DNA of 64,000 bases from a virus (taxonomy: Duplodnaviria; Caudoviricetes). How positions within the stretch are numbered: position 1 is the first letter of the stretch; each line of letters opens with the position of its first letter. A program made the position numbers and the translations under genes. Below the pieces are notes generated by a model. It was not told the DNA's origin. It saw only the letters and a list, made by a program, of their open reading frames with translations, and searched no databases. Of the stretch, positions 18,211 to 26,239 are shown in pieces. The stretch is from the IMG/VR virus record IMGVR_UViG_3300017761_003550, positions 1 to 64,000 of that record. The stretch is one strand, 5' to 3'.

Positions 18211-18693
18211 ATGAACATCCTATTCCTTGACATTGACGGCGTACTTAACTCTCATGAGTGGTACGAGAAAAACGTAAAACAAATCCATTCTGAATCAAGC
18301 ATTTTTTGGCGCTCAGTAGCTGAGCTAGATCCGGCAGCTTGCGCTCTCGTTAACAAACTCTGTGAAGAAGAAGACCTAAAGATCGTAATCACATCCACAT
18401 GGCGTAAGCTTCATGATGTGTTTCAAATCGAGGCTATGTTCAAGAAGAAGGGTTTGTTCGCGGAAGTCTTCGATAAGACACCCGAACTAAAGGGTAAGGC
18501 TCGCGGATACGAAATTCAAGAGTACCTAGACACAACTCCCGGCATCGAGAAATATGTCATCCTTGATGATGATTCTGATATGCTTACTGGCCAACCATTT
18601 GTTAGAACACTGTGGTCGGTAGGGGTTCAACCAGACGACATTGAAATCGCGAAGGAAGTTCTCAATGGACGACTTAGTTCTATCGCAATCTGA
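18211..18693 (+). CDS. HAD domain protein (Swiss-army-knife RNA-repair-like HAD)
   Basis: FLDIDGVLN, IVITSTWR, RGYEI, YVILDDD. Confidence 0.85.
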   Translation: MNILFLDIDGVLNSHEWYEKNVKQIHSESSIFWRSVAELDPAACALVNKLCEEEDLKIVITSTWRKLHDVFQIEAMFKKKGLFAEVFDKTPELKGKARGYEIQEYLDTTPGIEKYVILDDDSDMLTGQPFVRTLWSVGVQPDDIEIAKEVLNGRLSSIAI

Positions 18694-18913
18694 AATAACA
18701 GATTCTTTCTTTAGTTTCAGAAGTGAAATCATTGGTCCGCTAATTCCTGAAAGAGACTTGGAAGAGATAAAAACGTTCGAGTACAATTTCCGACTGAACA
18801 ACTACTCTTCTGATGATAATGTGGAAACCAGCGTCATCCTAAAATTCATCGACGACTTTCCAATCGGAATGAAGTCTGGTGGTCTTATCTTTAAGTGGAA
18901 GTTGAAAATCTGA
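18665..18913 (+). CDS. Hypothetical protein
   Basis: ORF continuing the operon. Confidence 0.55.
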   Translation: MDDLVLSQSEITDSFFSFRSEIIGPLIPERDLEEIKTFEYNFRLNNYSSDDNVETSVILKFIDDFPIGMKSGGLIFKWKLKI

Positions 18914-19122
18914 TGGTAATTAATGAGGAAGAACTTATCGCGATCCACAAGATGCTTGATGAAGCCATCATCAACGTGGAAATAGTTCGTGACACATGGA
19001 GATCAATTAACTGGAGTCCGATTGATCAAGACATTTTGGTGTATACCGCCACCATTACCGCGTTCCAAAAGGAGCAAATTGATCAGCTTTTTGTAGATTT
19101 ACTAGGAAATTCAACGACTTAG
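18913..19122 (+). CDS. Hypothetical protein
   Basis: TGATG coupling. Confidence 0.55.
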   Translation: MVINEEELIAIHKMLDEAIINVEIVRDTWRSINWSPIDQDILVYTATITAFQKEQIDQLFVDLLGNSTT

Positions 19123-19160
19123 GAGATTAACACTTTTTAATACTTTTTTTCACGTTTTGA

Positions 19161-19189
19161 TTGCCTTTTATGCTGTATTAGAGTATACT
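19161..19189 (+). promoter_or_regulatory. Early sigma70-type promoter
   Basis: TTGCCT-17 bp-TATACT. Confidence 0.7.
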
Positions 19190-19239
19190 CTTATTTGTTG
19201 GGTCAGAAAAACCTGCCCACGTGAAACAGGAAATTGATA

Positions 19240-20241
19240 ATGTCGCATATGATTGAAATGGTCGATGGCGTTGCCCAGATGGCCTGGACCGGCGAGACAC
19301 CTTGGCATGGCCTCGGTAAACAAGTCCCCGCCGATCTGACTCCGCAACAAATGATGGAAGCTGCCGGTCTCGACTGGGAAGTCGAAAAGGTTCCGGCGTA
19401 TGCTACGGTCGGTAAGAAGCGTATCGCGGTCGGTAAGTCCGCCCTGATCCGTAAGTCGGATAACCGTCTGCTCGACGTCGTGGGCGATGACTGGAACCCC
19501 TGCCAGAACGCCGAAGCGTTCGAGTTTTTCAACGACTTCATCGGCAACGGTGATATGACGATGGAAACTGCCGGCTCGATTATGAACGGCAAACGCGTGT
19601 TCGCGATGGCCAAAGTGAAAGAGTCCTTCGAACTCTTCAAAGGCGACCGAGTTGACGCCAACCTGCTCTTCTCCAATCCCCACATGTATGGTAAGACGAT
19701 CGACATCCAGTTCACCCCAGTTCGGGTCGTGTGCTGGAATACGCTGTCGCTGTCTCTGAGCCTCGGCTCTAAGAACCGCGTGTCCGTCTCTCACCGTGTC
19801 AAGTTCGATGGTGATTCCGTCAAAGAGATGATGGGCGTTGCGAAAGACAAGCTTCAGACCTACAAGGAAGCTGCAGCGTTCCTCGGCTCGAAACGCTTCA
19901 CCGACGAGTCTGTGACTGAATACTTCGGTCGTGTGTTCGGCGCCAAGGAAAACAAGAAAACTGGCGAAGACAAGAACTCGCGGAATGCTCGTATCGCCTA
20001 CGACATCCTCGAGCAGCAGCCCGGTGCGAACTTCGCGAAGGGTTCCTGGTGGCAGGCGTTTAACGCTTCAACCTTCATGGTTGACCACGTCATCGGCCGT
20101 AACGAAGACAACCGCATGAACTCGGCTTGGTTCGGTTGGGGCCGTAACCTGAAGGTCAAGGCTCTCCAGACCGCCATGGAGATGGCTGCTCTCGACAAGG
20201 ACATCACCGTCCGCAAAGTCAAAGCTCCGGCTGCTGTCTAG
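19240..20241 (+). CDS. DUF932/DUF945 family phage/plasmid-like protein
   Basis: TPWHGLG, AGLDWEV, PCQNAEAFEFF, ETAGS, SNPH..G, TPVRVVCWNTL, WWQAFNA. Confidence 0.85.
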   Translation: MSHMIEMVDGVAQMAWTGETPWHGLGKQVPADLTPQQMMEAAGLDWEVEKVPAYATVGKKRIAVGKSALIRKSDNRLLDVVGDDWNPCQNAEAFEFFNDFIGNGDMTMETAGSIMNGKRVFAMAKVKESFELFKGDRVDANLLFSNPHMYGKTIDIQFTPVRVVCWNTLSLSLSLGSKNRVSVSHRVKFDGDSVKEMMGVAKDKLQTYKEAAAFLGSKRFTDESVTEYFGRVFGAKENKKTGEDKNSRNARIAYDILEQQPGANFAKGSWWQAFNASTFMVDHVIGRNEDNRMNSAWFGWGRNLKVKALQTAMEMAALDKDITVRKVKAPAAV

Positions 20242-20253
20242 TTCTTCTACTCT

Positions 20254-20275
20254 GGGGGAGGCTTCGGTCTCCCCC
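20254..20275 (+). terminator. Rho-independent terminator
   Basis: GGGGGAGGC-TTCG-GTCTCCCCC, then a short T run. Confidence 0.75.
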
Positions 20276-20297
20276 AAACCTTTTCGGGATTCATATT

Positions 20298-20489
20298 ATG
20301 GAATTTAGAGATATTGTAATAAAGCTTGTGGCCACAATTCTAGTTGTGGTTTGGCCGATTGCAATCGTTTTATCCTTTTTGTTTTTCACACCTTTCTTGG
20401 CAATTGTGTTTGCTACTTGGGTGTGGGCTTGGGGTACTCTGCTTGCTTTCTGTTTGGTTGTCGGTCTGCTTTCCTCAATATGGAATTGA
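20298..20489 (+). CDS. Small membrane protein
   Basis: Almost entirely hydrophobic, 63 aa, about 2 TM segments. Confidence 0.65.
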   Translation: MEFRDIVIKLVATILVVVWPIAIVLSFLFFTPFLAIVFATWVWAWGTLLAFCLVVGLLSSIWN

Positions 20490-20493
20490 TGGT

Positions 20494-20664
20494 ATGATTG
20501 AAAGACAAGCACTCGTTGATGAGCTAGCAGAAATCGTCTTTGACGGAAAGCTCCATAAAATGGAATACTTTCGTAAGAATATTTTTCAACTGACGGATGT
20601 AGAGACAATTGAGTTTTTCAAAAAGGTTGATGCAATCTTTCAACGATACGCGGAGAACATCTGA
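20494..20664 (+). CDS. Small hypothetical protein
   Basis: MIERQALVDELAE...; coupled to next ORF. Confidence 0.6.
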   Translation: MIERQALVDELAEIVFDGKLHKMEYFRKNIFQLTDVETIEFFKKVDAIFQRYAENI

Positions 20665-20921
20665 TGAGAACTATATGGAAATTCGAAGTGCCCATTCAAG
20701 ATGTTGTTGTTATCAAAATGCCAAAAGAGGCTAAGGTTCTTTTCGCTTCGGTTCAACATGGTAAACCTTGTTTCTGGGCGGAAGTTGATACCTTTGCTCC
20801 GCTAGAGAAACGCGAGTTCCGCATTTATGGAACCGGCCACCAAATTCCTGATTACAATGGACGTTACCTTGGCACCTTCATGATGCATGGTGATCAGCTT
20901 GTTTTTCACGCTTACGAATAG
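20664..20921 (+). CDS. Widespread small phage protein (MRTIWKF...WAEVD...YGTGH)
   Basis: Recognisable small phage family pattern. Confidence 0.75.
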   Translation: MRTIWKFEVPIQDVVVIKMPKEAKVLFASVQHGKPCFWAEVDTFAPLEKREFRIYGTGHQIPDYNGRYLGTFMMHGDQLVFHAYE

Positions 20922-20922
20922 G

Positions 20923-21111
20923 ATGGATAATATGTACTTCAGTAGGGACGGTGTTCTTATGGTTCAAAGAAACGAATCTGAGTTTTGGGTTGAAGAAACA
21001 AATGTCACCTTCAAGGGTGCTTGGTGGTTTCCGCCAAACTGGATCACTATGCCACTAGCAGCCTATCGGCGCAAGCTGAAAAAGATGCAGGCTCTGCACT
21101 ATGACGAGTAA
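20923..21111 (+). CDS. Small hypothetical protein
   Basis: ORF in operon. Confidence 0.55.
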   Translation: MDNMYFSRDGVLMVQRNESEFWVEETNVTFKGAWWFPPNWITMPLAAYRRKLKKMQALHYDE

Positions 21112-21172
21112 CAGATAAATATGAGTGGATCGAGGACTTAGGTCCTCGAACATTCATACACGGAGTTCTGTT

Positions 21173-21667
21173 ATGTCAAAGAGAGAATTAATCTCTAAGA
21201 ATTATTACCTTGATGAGTTCACATACTCACCAACAGCTGCAGCCCGCAAAATCGACAACACACCAAACGCAGAGCACGTTGCTAATCTGCGTCATGTTGT
21301 GCAAAATGTTATTCAACCAGTCAGAGACAACTTCAAGCGTGCGCTGAAGATCAATTCTGGGTATCGCTCGCCTGCTCTTAATCGTGCCGTTGGTGGTGCC
21401 ATGAACAGCCAACATGCCTTCGGTGAAGCTGTAGACTTTGAGATCGAAGGTCTGTCTAATAGACTAGTCGCTGACTGGATCGCAAAGCATCTCAACTATG
21501 ACCAGTTGATCCTTGAGTTCTACAACCCGATGGAGGGTGTCAACTCTGGCTGGATACATGTATCACTCAGAAAAACAGGTATAAATAGGAAAGATCGTCT
21601 TGTAGCATACAAAGACGGCAAGTCTACGAGATACGAGAAAGTCCCAGACTTCACTAAAATTAAATGA
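21173..21667 (+). CDS. Peptidase M15 family Zn peptidase, probable endolysin
   Basis: INSGYRSPALNRAVGG, SQH..GEAVD, QLILE, WIHVS; GATAAATA late motif at 21114-21121. Confidence 0.88.
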   Translation: MSKRELISKNYYLDEFTYSPTAAARKIDNTPNAEHVANLRHVVQNVIQPVRDNFKRALKINSGYRSPALNRAVGGAMNSQHAFGEAVDFEIEGLSNRLVADWIAKHLNYDQLILEFYNPMEGVNSGWIHVSLRKTGINRKDRLVAYKDGKSTRYEKVPDFTKIK

Positions 21668-21674
21668 GGATAAC

Positions 21675-21887
21675 ATGTCTAAGTACACATACGAACTATA
21701 CATCGATGCTGGTAACGAATGGCGTTATCGCTTGATCGCTGAGAATGGCAACAACGTCGGTAGTTCCGGTGAGGGTTACAAGAATTTCGGTGATGTTTTC
21801 GCATTGGTGAATAAGATCAAGAGCGCTGACTCTGACATCAAGATCATCAAAGAAGGTAATGATACTAAGCAACTTCTTCAGGAGTAA
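21675..21887 (+). CDS. DUF1508 (YegP-like) protein
   Basis: YELYIDAGNEWRYRLIAENG...SGEGY. Confidence 0.8.
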   Translation: MSKYTYELYIDAGNEWRYRLIAENGNNVGSSGEGYKNFGDVFALVNKIKSADSDIKIIKEGNDTKQLLQE

Positions 21888-21890
21888 AAG

Positions 21891-22091
21891 ATGCTAGACG
21901 AATCCTTAAAGGATATTATGTCTCTTAAAGACAGACAAGAATATAGCTTTCATCTGAAAAGGTTAAAAATTCACGCTGCTGCTGTTCCTAGAATTAGACA
22001 TGATGATATTAGGCGAGAACATAATAGAAAAATGGCTGATTTTCATCTAGACCAAGTAAATGCTCTTGTCAGTAAGTATTATCCAGGATGA
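21891..22091 (+). CDS. Small His/Arg-rich hypothetical protein
   Basis: AGGAG SD; MLDES N-terminus. Confidence 0.65.
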   Translation: MLDESLKDIMSLKDRQEYSFHLKRLKIHAAAVPRIRHDDIRREHNRKMADFHLDQVNALVSKYYPG

Positions 22092-22207
22092 TCGTTTGCA
22101 GTTGCAGAAGAATCAGCACTAATGACCACAAGTCAGAAGCTGAGTTAAAGAAACGTCTTAGACAAAAAGACGTTGGTTGTGGTAAATGCCTTTCGAAAAA
22201 GGCTTGA
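22088..22207 (+). CDS. Minimal BFD-like [2Fe-2S]-binding peptide (39 aa)
   Basis: MIVCSCRRIST...DVGCGKC: CxC...CxxC as in bacterioferritin-associated ferredoxin; ATGA overlap with AGG SD. Confidence 0.65.
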   Translation: MIVCSCRRISTNDHKSEAELKKRLRQKDVGCGKCLSKKA

Positions 22208-22232
22208 CTTGTAAGCTAAATAAGAGTATTAT
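22204..22232 (+). promoter_or_regulatory. Sigma70-type promoter with embedded late motif
   Basis: TTGACT-17 bp-TATTAT; GCTAAATA lies within the spacer. Confidence 0.55.
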
Positions 22233-22253
22233 CAATTCAATAGGAGCTTGTTC

Positions 22254-22610
22254 GTGGGTAGAATTCTTGATCTTATCAAAGAGTCTCTTGGCGATCCAAG
22301 TCGGTTGCTGAAAATTACTTACACAGGTTCCAGCGAGTGGCATGATCCAGAAGACGATTTTAATTATCAATCTGATTCAGCCTTCACACACTACAAAGTT
22401 CAACATCCAAACGGTGAAGTTCAACATGTTTCTATAGATCATGATAAGGGTTCTGTTATTAAACACAAAAAAGATCCAAACAGACCAAATGGTGCATGTC
22501 GCGGATCTGAACAATGTGATCATAAGCCAGAAGATTTTGAACATCTTGAAAACATCGCGATGATTAGAAAAACAATTGCTCCAAAAACAAAAGTACGAAT
22601 GCATAAATAG
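22254..22610 (+). CDS. Putative internal head protein (MGRILDLIKES)
   Basis: AGGAG SD 7 nt before GTG; IKE|S motif; His-rich. Confidence 0.65.
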   Translation: MGRILDLIKESLGDPSRLLKITYTGSSEWHDPEDDFNYQSDSAFTHYKVQHPNGEVQHVSIDHDKGSVIKHKKDPNRPNGACRGSEQCDHKPEDFEHLENIAMIRKTIAPKTKVRMHK

Positions 22611-22614
22611 TCTT

Positions 22615-22935
22615 AATGATAGTGAACTGAGGAAAATTAAACCAAGCAACACTCGGGGGCAGTGCCCGACGCCTCCACCAAAAGCACATACTTATGGTGA
22701 AGCACATCTTTTAAACCAAGCGGGTTTGAGTCCCGAGGCCTAATAAGTGTGTGTTTTTGATGGGGGCGACACAGGTTCGACTGTTTGTAAATAGGTTCTG
22801 AGGCTATCCGGATGTTCTCCGTTAAACGAACAAAAACACTAAATGCAAACGATAATGAAGTTGCATTTGAACAACGCCTAGCGGCGTAGTTTATTGGGCT
22901 GGGGACTTGCCTCGAAACAGAAAAGTCCCGCACTT
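22615..22935 (+). ncRNA. ssrA: Circularly permuted two-piece tmRNA, tag ANDNEVAFEQRLAA (outer ends approximate)
   Basis: Acceptor piece ends TCGGG-GGCAGTG-CCCGA-CGCCTCC-A-CCA (22680). Hairpin spacer 22681-22761. Coding piece starts GGGGGCG at 22762 (G3.U70). Tag ORF 22845-22889. CATAAATA late motif at 22602-22609. Confidence 0.92.
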
Positions 22936-22963
22936 CTTCTTTAACAACATAGAGAGTAAACAT

Positions 22964-23488
22964 ATGAAACTTCTAGTACTAGCTGCAGCCGCAGCAGTTC
23001 TCCTCGCGCCAGCTGCAGCCGCACAAACGGTTTCTGTTGGTACTACAAACGGACAAACAGACACGACCTACGTTAATGGCGAATGGGCTTGGGACGTTGG
23101 TAATGATGTCGAAGCAATCGTCGAAGGCCGTCTACGTGAATCAAACAGCCATCTCGTGAAGGTTGGTTTTCAGCGTGAGTTTGTAGACCTCGGCCTAGTC
23201 AAACTTTCCGGTCGCCTTAACCTCACCCAAACAGTCGGTGTTGGTAAAGACTTCGCTGGCATTTCAATCGAACCAACAGCTTCTTTCAATATTGATAAAG
23301 CCAAGGTAACTGTTGGATACGAAATCGGAGATTCGCTCAGAACAAAGGACACCAACGGTACAGTTCGCACTAGCACCATGCTGGTCATGTATCCATTCAC
23401 CTTCGGTAACTTCGGACTTCAATATGAAAACGAACGTGGTGATCTGAAGCAAGAGTCAGTTTCGCTCGTTTACTCACTCAAGCAGTAA
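22964..23488 (+). CDS. Secreted, probable outer-membrane beta-barrel protein
   Basis: Signal peptide MKLLVLAAAAAVLLAPAAAA|Q; alternating amphipathic beta-strands with Gly/aromatics. Confidence 0.7.
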   Translation: MKLLVLAAAAAVLLAPAAAAQTVSVGTTNGQTDTTYVNGEWAWDVGNDVEAIVEGRLRESNSHLVKVGFQREFVDLGLVKLSGRLNLTQTVGVGKDFAGISIEPTASFNIDKAKVTVGYEIGDSLRTKDTNGTVRTSTMLVMYPFTFGNFGLQYENERGDLKQESVSLVYSLKQ

Positions 23489-23534
23489 ATTTCTAAGGAT
23501 GGGGACTATCCTTTAAAAGTCCCAACATTATTCT

Positions 23535-23606
23535 TCCAGTGTAGCTCAGCGGTAGAGCCCTCGACTGTTAATCGAGTTGTCCTTGGTTCGATCCCAAGCT
23601 CTGGAG
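23535..23606 (+). tRNA. tRNA-Asn(GUU), CCA not encoded
   Basis: TCCAGTG/CTCTGGA acceptor (one T.T), CTCGA-CTGTTAA-TCGAG, TTCGATC T-loop; G73 followed by CAT. Confidence 0.9.
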
Positions 23607-23610
23607 CATT

Positions 23611-23662
23611 GGGAACTCCGAAAGTATAAATAGACTGTAATTAGTCTGCTTTCGGAGTTCCC
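23611..23662 (+). promoter_or_regulatory. Late promoter inside an RBS-occluding hairpin
   Basis: GGGAACTCCGAAAG (23611-23624) / CTTTCGGAGTTCCC (23649-23662) perfect inverted repeat; TATAAATA at 23625-23632; GGAG SD in the 3' arm; GTG start at 23663. Confidence 0.88.
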
Positions 23663-24274
23663 GTGTACTATATTGTGTATCAAACAACAAACATCAAGAA
23701 TGGTAAAATTTACATCGGTAAACACCAAACTGATTTTCTTGATGATGGATATATTGGTTCAGGACATTTCTTAAATCGTGCCATTAAACGCTATGGTTTA
23801 CAAAACTTCAAACGTGAGATACTCTTTGTTTTAAAAACAGAACAAGAGATGAACGCTAAAGAAGCTGAACTTGTGTCCGAAGAATTTTGTGATCGCAGAG
23901 ACACATACAATATTTGTCCTGGTGGCCAAGGTGGATGGGGATATGTCAATAGAGAACATCCAAATAACAAAAAAAATCATCGTAAAACGGGTAATTATGG
24001 ATTCAAATTAGTAAAACCGAAACTAGCTGATCCTCTAAAAATCAGCCATAGTATCAAAAAATATTATGAAGAAAACGGTAGCCATTGGTTGGGAAGAAAT
24101 CATTCTGATTTAACTAAAAATAAAATTTCAGAAGCTAACAAAGTTTCTCAATTAGGAGAAAGAAATTCCCAGTTTGGTTCTATTTGGATAACTAATGGCA
24201 CAGAAAATAGAAAAATAAAAAGAGTTGACATTATCCCAAATGGATGGTATACTGGTAGAACTATCCTTAAATAA
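23663..24274 (+). CDS. GIY-YIG homing endonuclease, SegB-like
   Basis: YIVY-QTTNIKNGKI-YIGKH, GYIGSG, YNICPGGQGG, NUMOD3-like HSDLTKNKIS, WITNG; next to a tRNA. Confidence 0.9.
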   Translation: MYYIVYQTTNIKNGKIYIGKHQTDFLDDGYIGSGHFLNRAIKRYGLQNFKREILFVLKTEQEMNAKEAELVSEEFCDRRDTYNICPGGQGGWGYVNREHPNNKKNHRKTGNYGFKLVKPKLADPLKISHSIKKYYEENGSHWLGRNHSDLTKNKISEANKVSQLGERNSQFGSIWITNGTENRKIKRVDIIPNGWYTGRTILK

Positions 24275-24286
24275 AGGAACAAAAAC

Positions 24287-24478
24287 ATGAGTTCCAAAGC
24301 AGATAGAAAACTTAAGCGCAGAGCTATTCGCCGCGCAACTAAAAACGCCAACATTGACGTTGGGCCAAAAGAGAACAAGAAGTTCATGAGCGCCGGATAT
24401 GGTTCTGGCGTCACGGCTTCTGAGTTCCCAAAACAAGAAGATCAACCATGGTGTCAAAGACTCAAGAATACAAACTAG
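24287..24478 (+). CDS. Small basic hypothetical protein
   Basis: AAGG SD; Lys/Arg-rich N-terminus. Confidence 0.6.
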   Translation: MSSKADRKLKRRAIRRATKNANIDVGPKENKKFMSAGYGSGVTASEFPKQEDQPWCQRLKNTN

Positions 24479-24702
24479 GTAAGACAATTGATCCCCAGCA
24501 GCTGTATAAAGATCTCGAGCAAATTGTTCGGGAGAACCATATCAGCTATGGAGATGCAATCATTCATTACTGTGAACGTGGCAAACTCGAGATCGAGACG
24601 GTAGCTGAAGTGATTAAGAGAAATCCTAAGCTTACATCCGCTCTTCAGAATGAGTTTGAAAGCCTCAACATGTTGCCTAAGACAGCACGGTTGCCTGTGT
24701 AA
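24448..24702 (+). CDS. 33: Late transcription coactivator gp33 (start uncertain)
   Basis: ISYGDAIIHYCE..KLEIETV..VI...L..E...LNML; synteny with gp59-gp32. Confidence 0.85.
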   Translation: MVSKTQEYKLGKTIDPQQLYKDLEQIVRENHISYGDAIIHYCERGKLEIETVAEVIKRNPKLTSALQNEFESLNMLPKTARLPV

Positions 24703-24704
24703 AG

Positions 24705-25274
24705 ATGCAAGCCTTTGATGCTTATGTTATGTTTCTTGCACTAAAACAGCACTTCAATTCCAGTTACGATTATCAGAAGTATCGCGGCAAGGTCCGTTCT
24801 GATCCAAGCAAGTTTGAAGTAAAGAAAGACAAGTACCTCTTTCAGAAGCTCGCGAAGCGACCTGATCCTGAGATGTACATTGTTGCCAATCTGATTGACA
24901 GAGACATCACCTGGGGTGGTGATCTGTTTGGTGAACAAGCTGAACGAGCATACACTGATTGGTTGAAGAGAAAAGAATCGCTGGCCTATGTGTTTAAGAC
25001 AGACTTAGGTAAGCTTGATGAGGACTTCAATAAGAATTTCGTTGTTGAAGATGGACAACACCCATATGCTCTTAAGCTCTTCAAGAGAAAGCTTATCTGT
25101 ATCGAGACGCTGATCATCCTTGATGACATCCTCGGCTTCATGAAACACTGGAACAAGCAAATAAATGATTCGGTCATTTGGCCAACTATTTACAGAAAAT
25201 GCTTGAAGTATCGTCCCTTTCTAGAGTATACTAGGGGTAAGTATCTCGCAATCCTCAAGGAGAAGTTCTTATAA
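24705..25274 (+). CDS. 59: Helicase loader gp59
   Basis: FDAYVMFLALKQHF..YDYQKYRGK, KKDKYLFQKL, ICIETL, KYRPFL. Confidence 0.9.
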   Translation: MQAFDAYVMFLALKQHFNSSYDYQKYRGKVRSDPSKFEVKKDKYLFQKLAKRPDPEMYIVANLIDRDITWGGDLFGEQAERAYTDWLKRKESLAYVFKTDLGKLDEDFNKNFVVEDGQHPYALKLFKRKLICIETLIILDDILGFMKHWNKQINDSVIWPTIYRKCLKYRPFLEYTRGKYLAILKEKFL

Positions 25275-26203
25275 TGTCTGAAGAAATGTTTACATACCAA
25301 GCAGCACCATACATGCCACAGGTTGATACGAGGCTAACGATGCCGTCACCTATCTGGCCTGACTTTAATCATGAGTCGACCGCATCTCAGCGAATGACTC
25401 GAGCCAAACGTTTGAATGATGAGAACTTCTGGTCAGAGATGCGTCAAGTGTTTGACCATGATTTCAATACACTTCCACTCGAACGCTACAAGGCATGGGC
25501 ATCCACATTCATGGTGCCAATTATGTCTAGGAACAAACCATCTGAGTATATCGCTCTGGCTCTTGGTGATGCCAACTCAAATGAAAAGGTTCGTGATGCT
25601 ATTACCGAACCTCTGGTTGGTATGACCATTGAAGATTTCAACGCCCACTATCGTGTGTTTGATGATAGTCTGATGACCATGAACCGCATCTTCCATTATG
25701 GGCATCTGAAGTATTTTGCTCAAGGAAGACCCGCTCACGAAAGCTTCACACAAGTTACTCAATATCTCAAGAGCCTGAAGCGCATCGTAGAGATTGGTGC
25801 TGGTGCCGGCGAAATGGCTGATGTATGCCGTCAGCTTGGCTTCGAAGGCGAATATGTAATCTACGACTTCAAGGAACTAACTAACATTCAACAGTGGTTC
25901 CATGAAAAGCGTGGACACAAGAACACTAAATATGTACATGATGTGAATGATCTTGGGCCTGCAGACCTCTGTATTGCTACATGGTCATTAACTGAAATGC
26001 CAATTGCGGATCGTGCCGCAGTGATGCAGAAACTGGGTGACACGAAGGACTGGATCGTTACCTATTCCGATACAATCTTCGGTATGGATAATGATAATTG
26101 GATCATTAATGACTTTCTACCACGTTTCGAAGCCAGAACGACGAGCATACAGCCGTTCTGGGATAATGAGTCGAAATACGTGTTCGTAAGACATACATCG
26201 TAA
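25274..26203 (+). CDS. Putative SAM-dependent (sugar O-) methyltransferase
   Basis: IVEIGAGAG motif I, YVIYD motif II, DLCIATWSLTEM. Confidence 0.75.
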   Translation: MSEEMFTYQAAPYMPQVDTRLTMPSPIWPDFNHESTASQRMTRAKRLNDENFWSEMRQVFDHDFNTLPLERYKAWASTFMVPIMSRNKPSEYIALALGDANSNEKVRDAITEPLVGMTIEDFNAHYRVFDDSLMTMNRIFHYGHLKYFAQGRPAHESFTQVTQYLKSLKRIVEIGAGAGEMADVCRQLGFEGEYVIYDFKELTNIQQWFHEKRGHKNTKYVHDVNDLGPADLCIATWSLTEMPIADRAAVMQKLGDTKDWIVTYSDTIFGMDNDNWIINDFLPRFEARTTSIQPFWDNESKYVFVRHTS

Positions 26204-26239
26204 TATACAACATACATCGAAACACAAAGGAATACGACT

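Noticed and set aside
19168-19794. 208-aa and 170-aa minus-strand ORFs
   Set aside because: Antisense to the GC-rich DUF932 gene, as expected from its codon bias.
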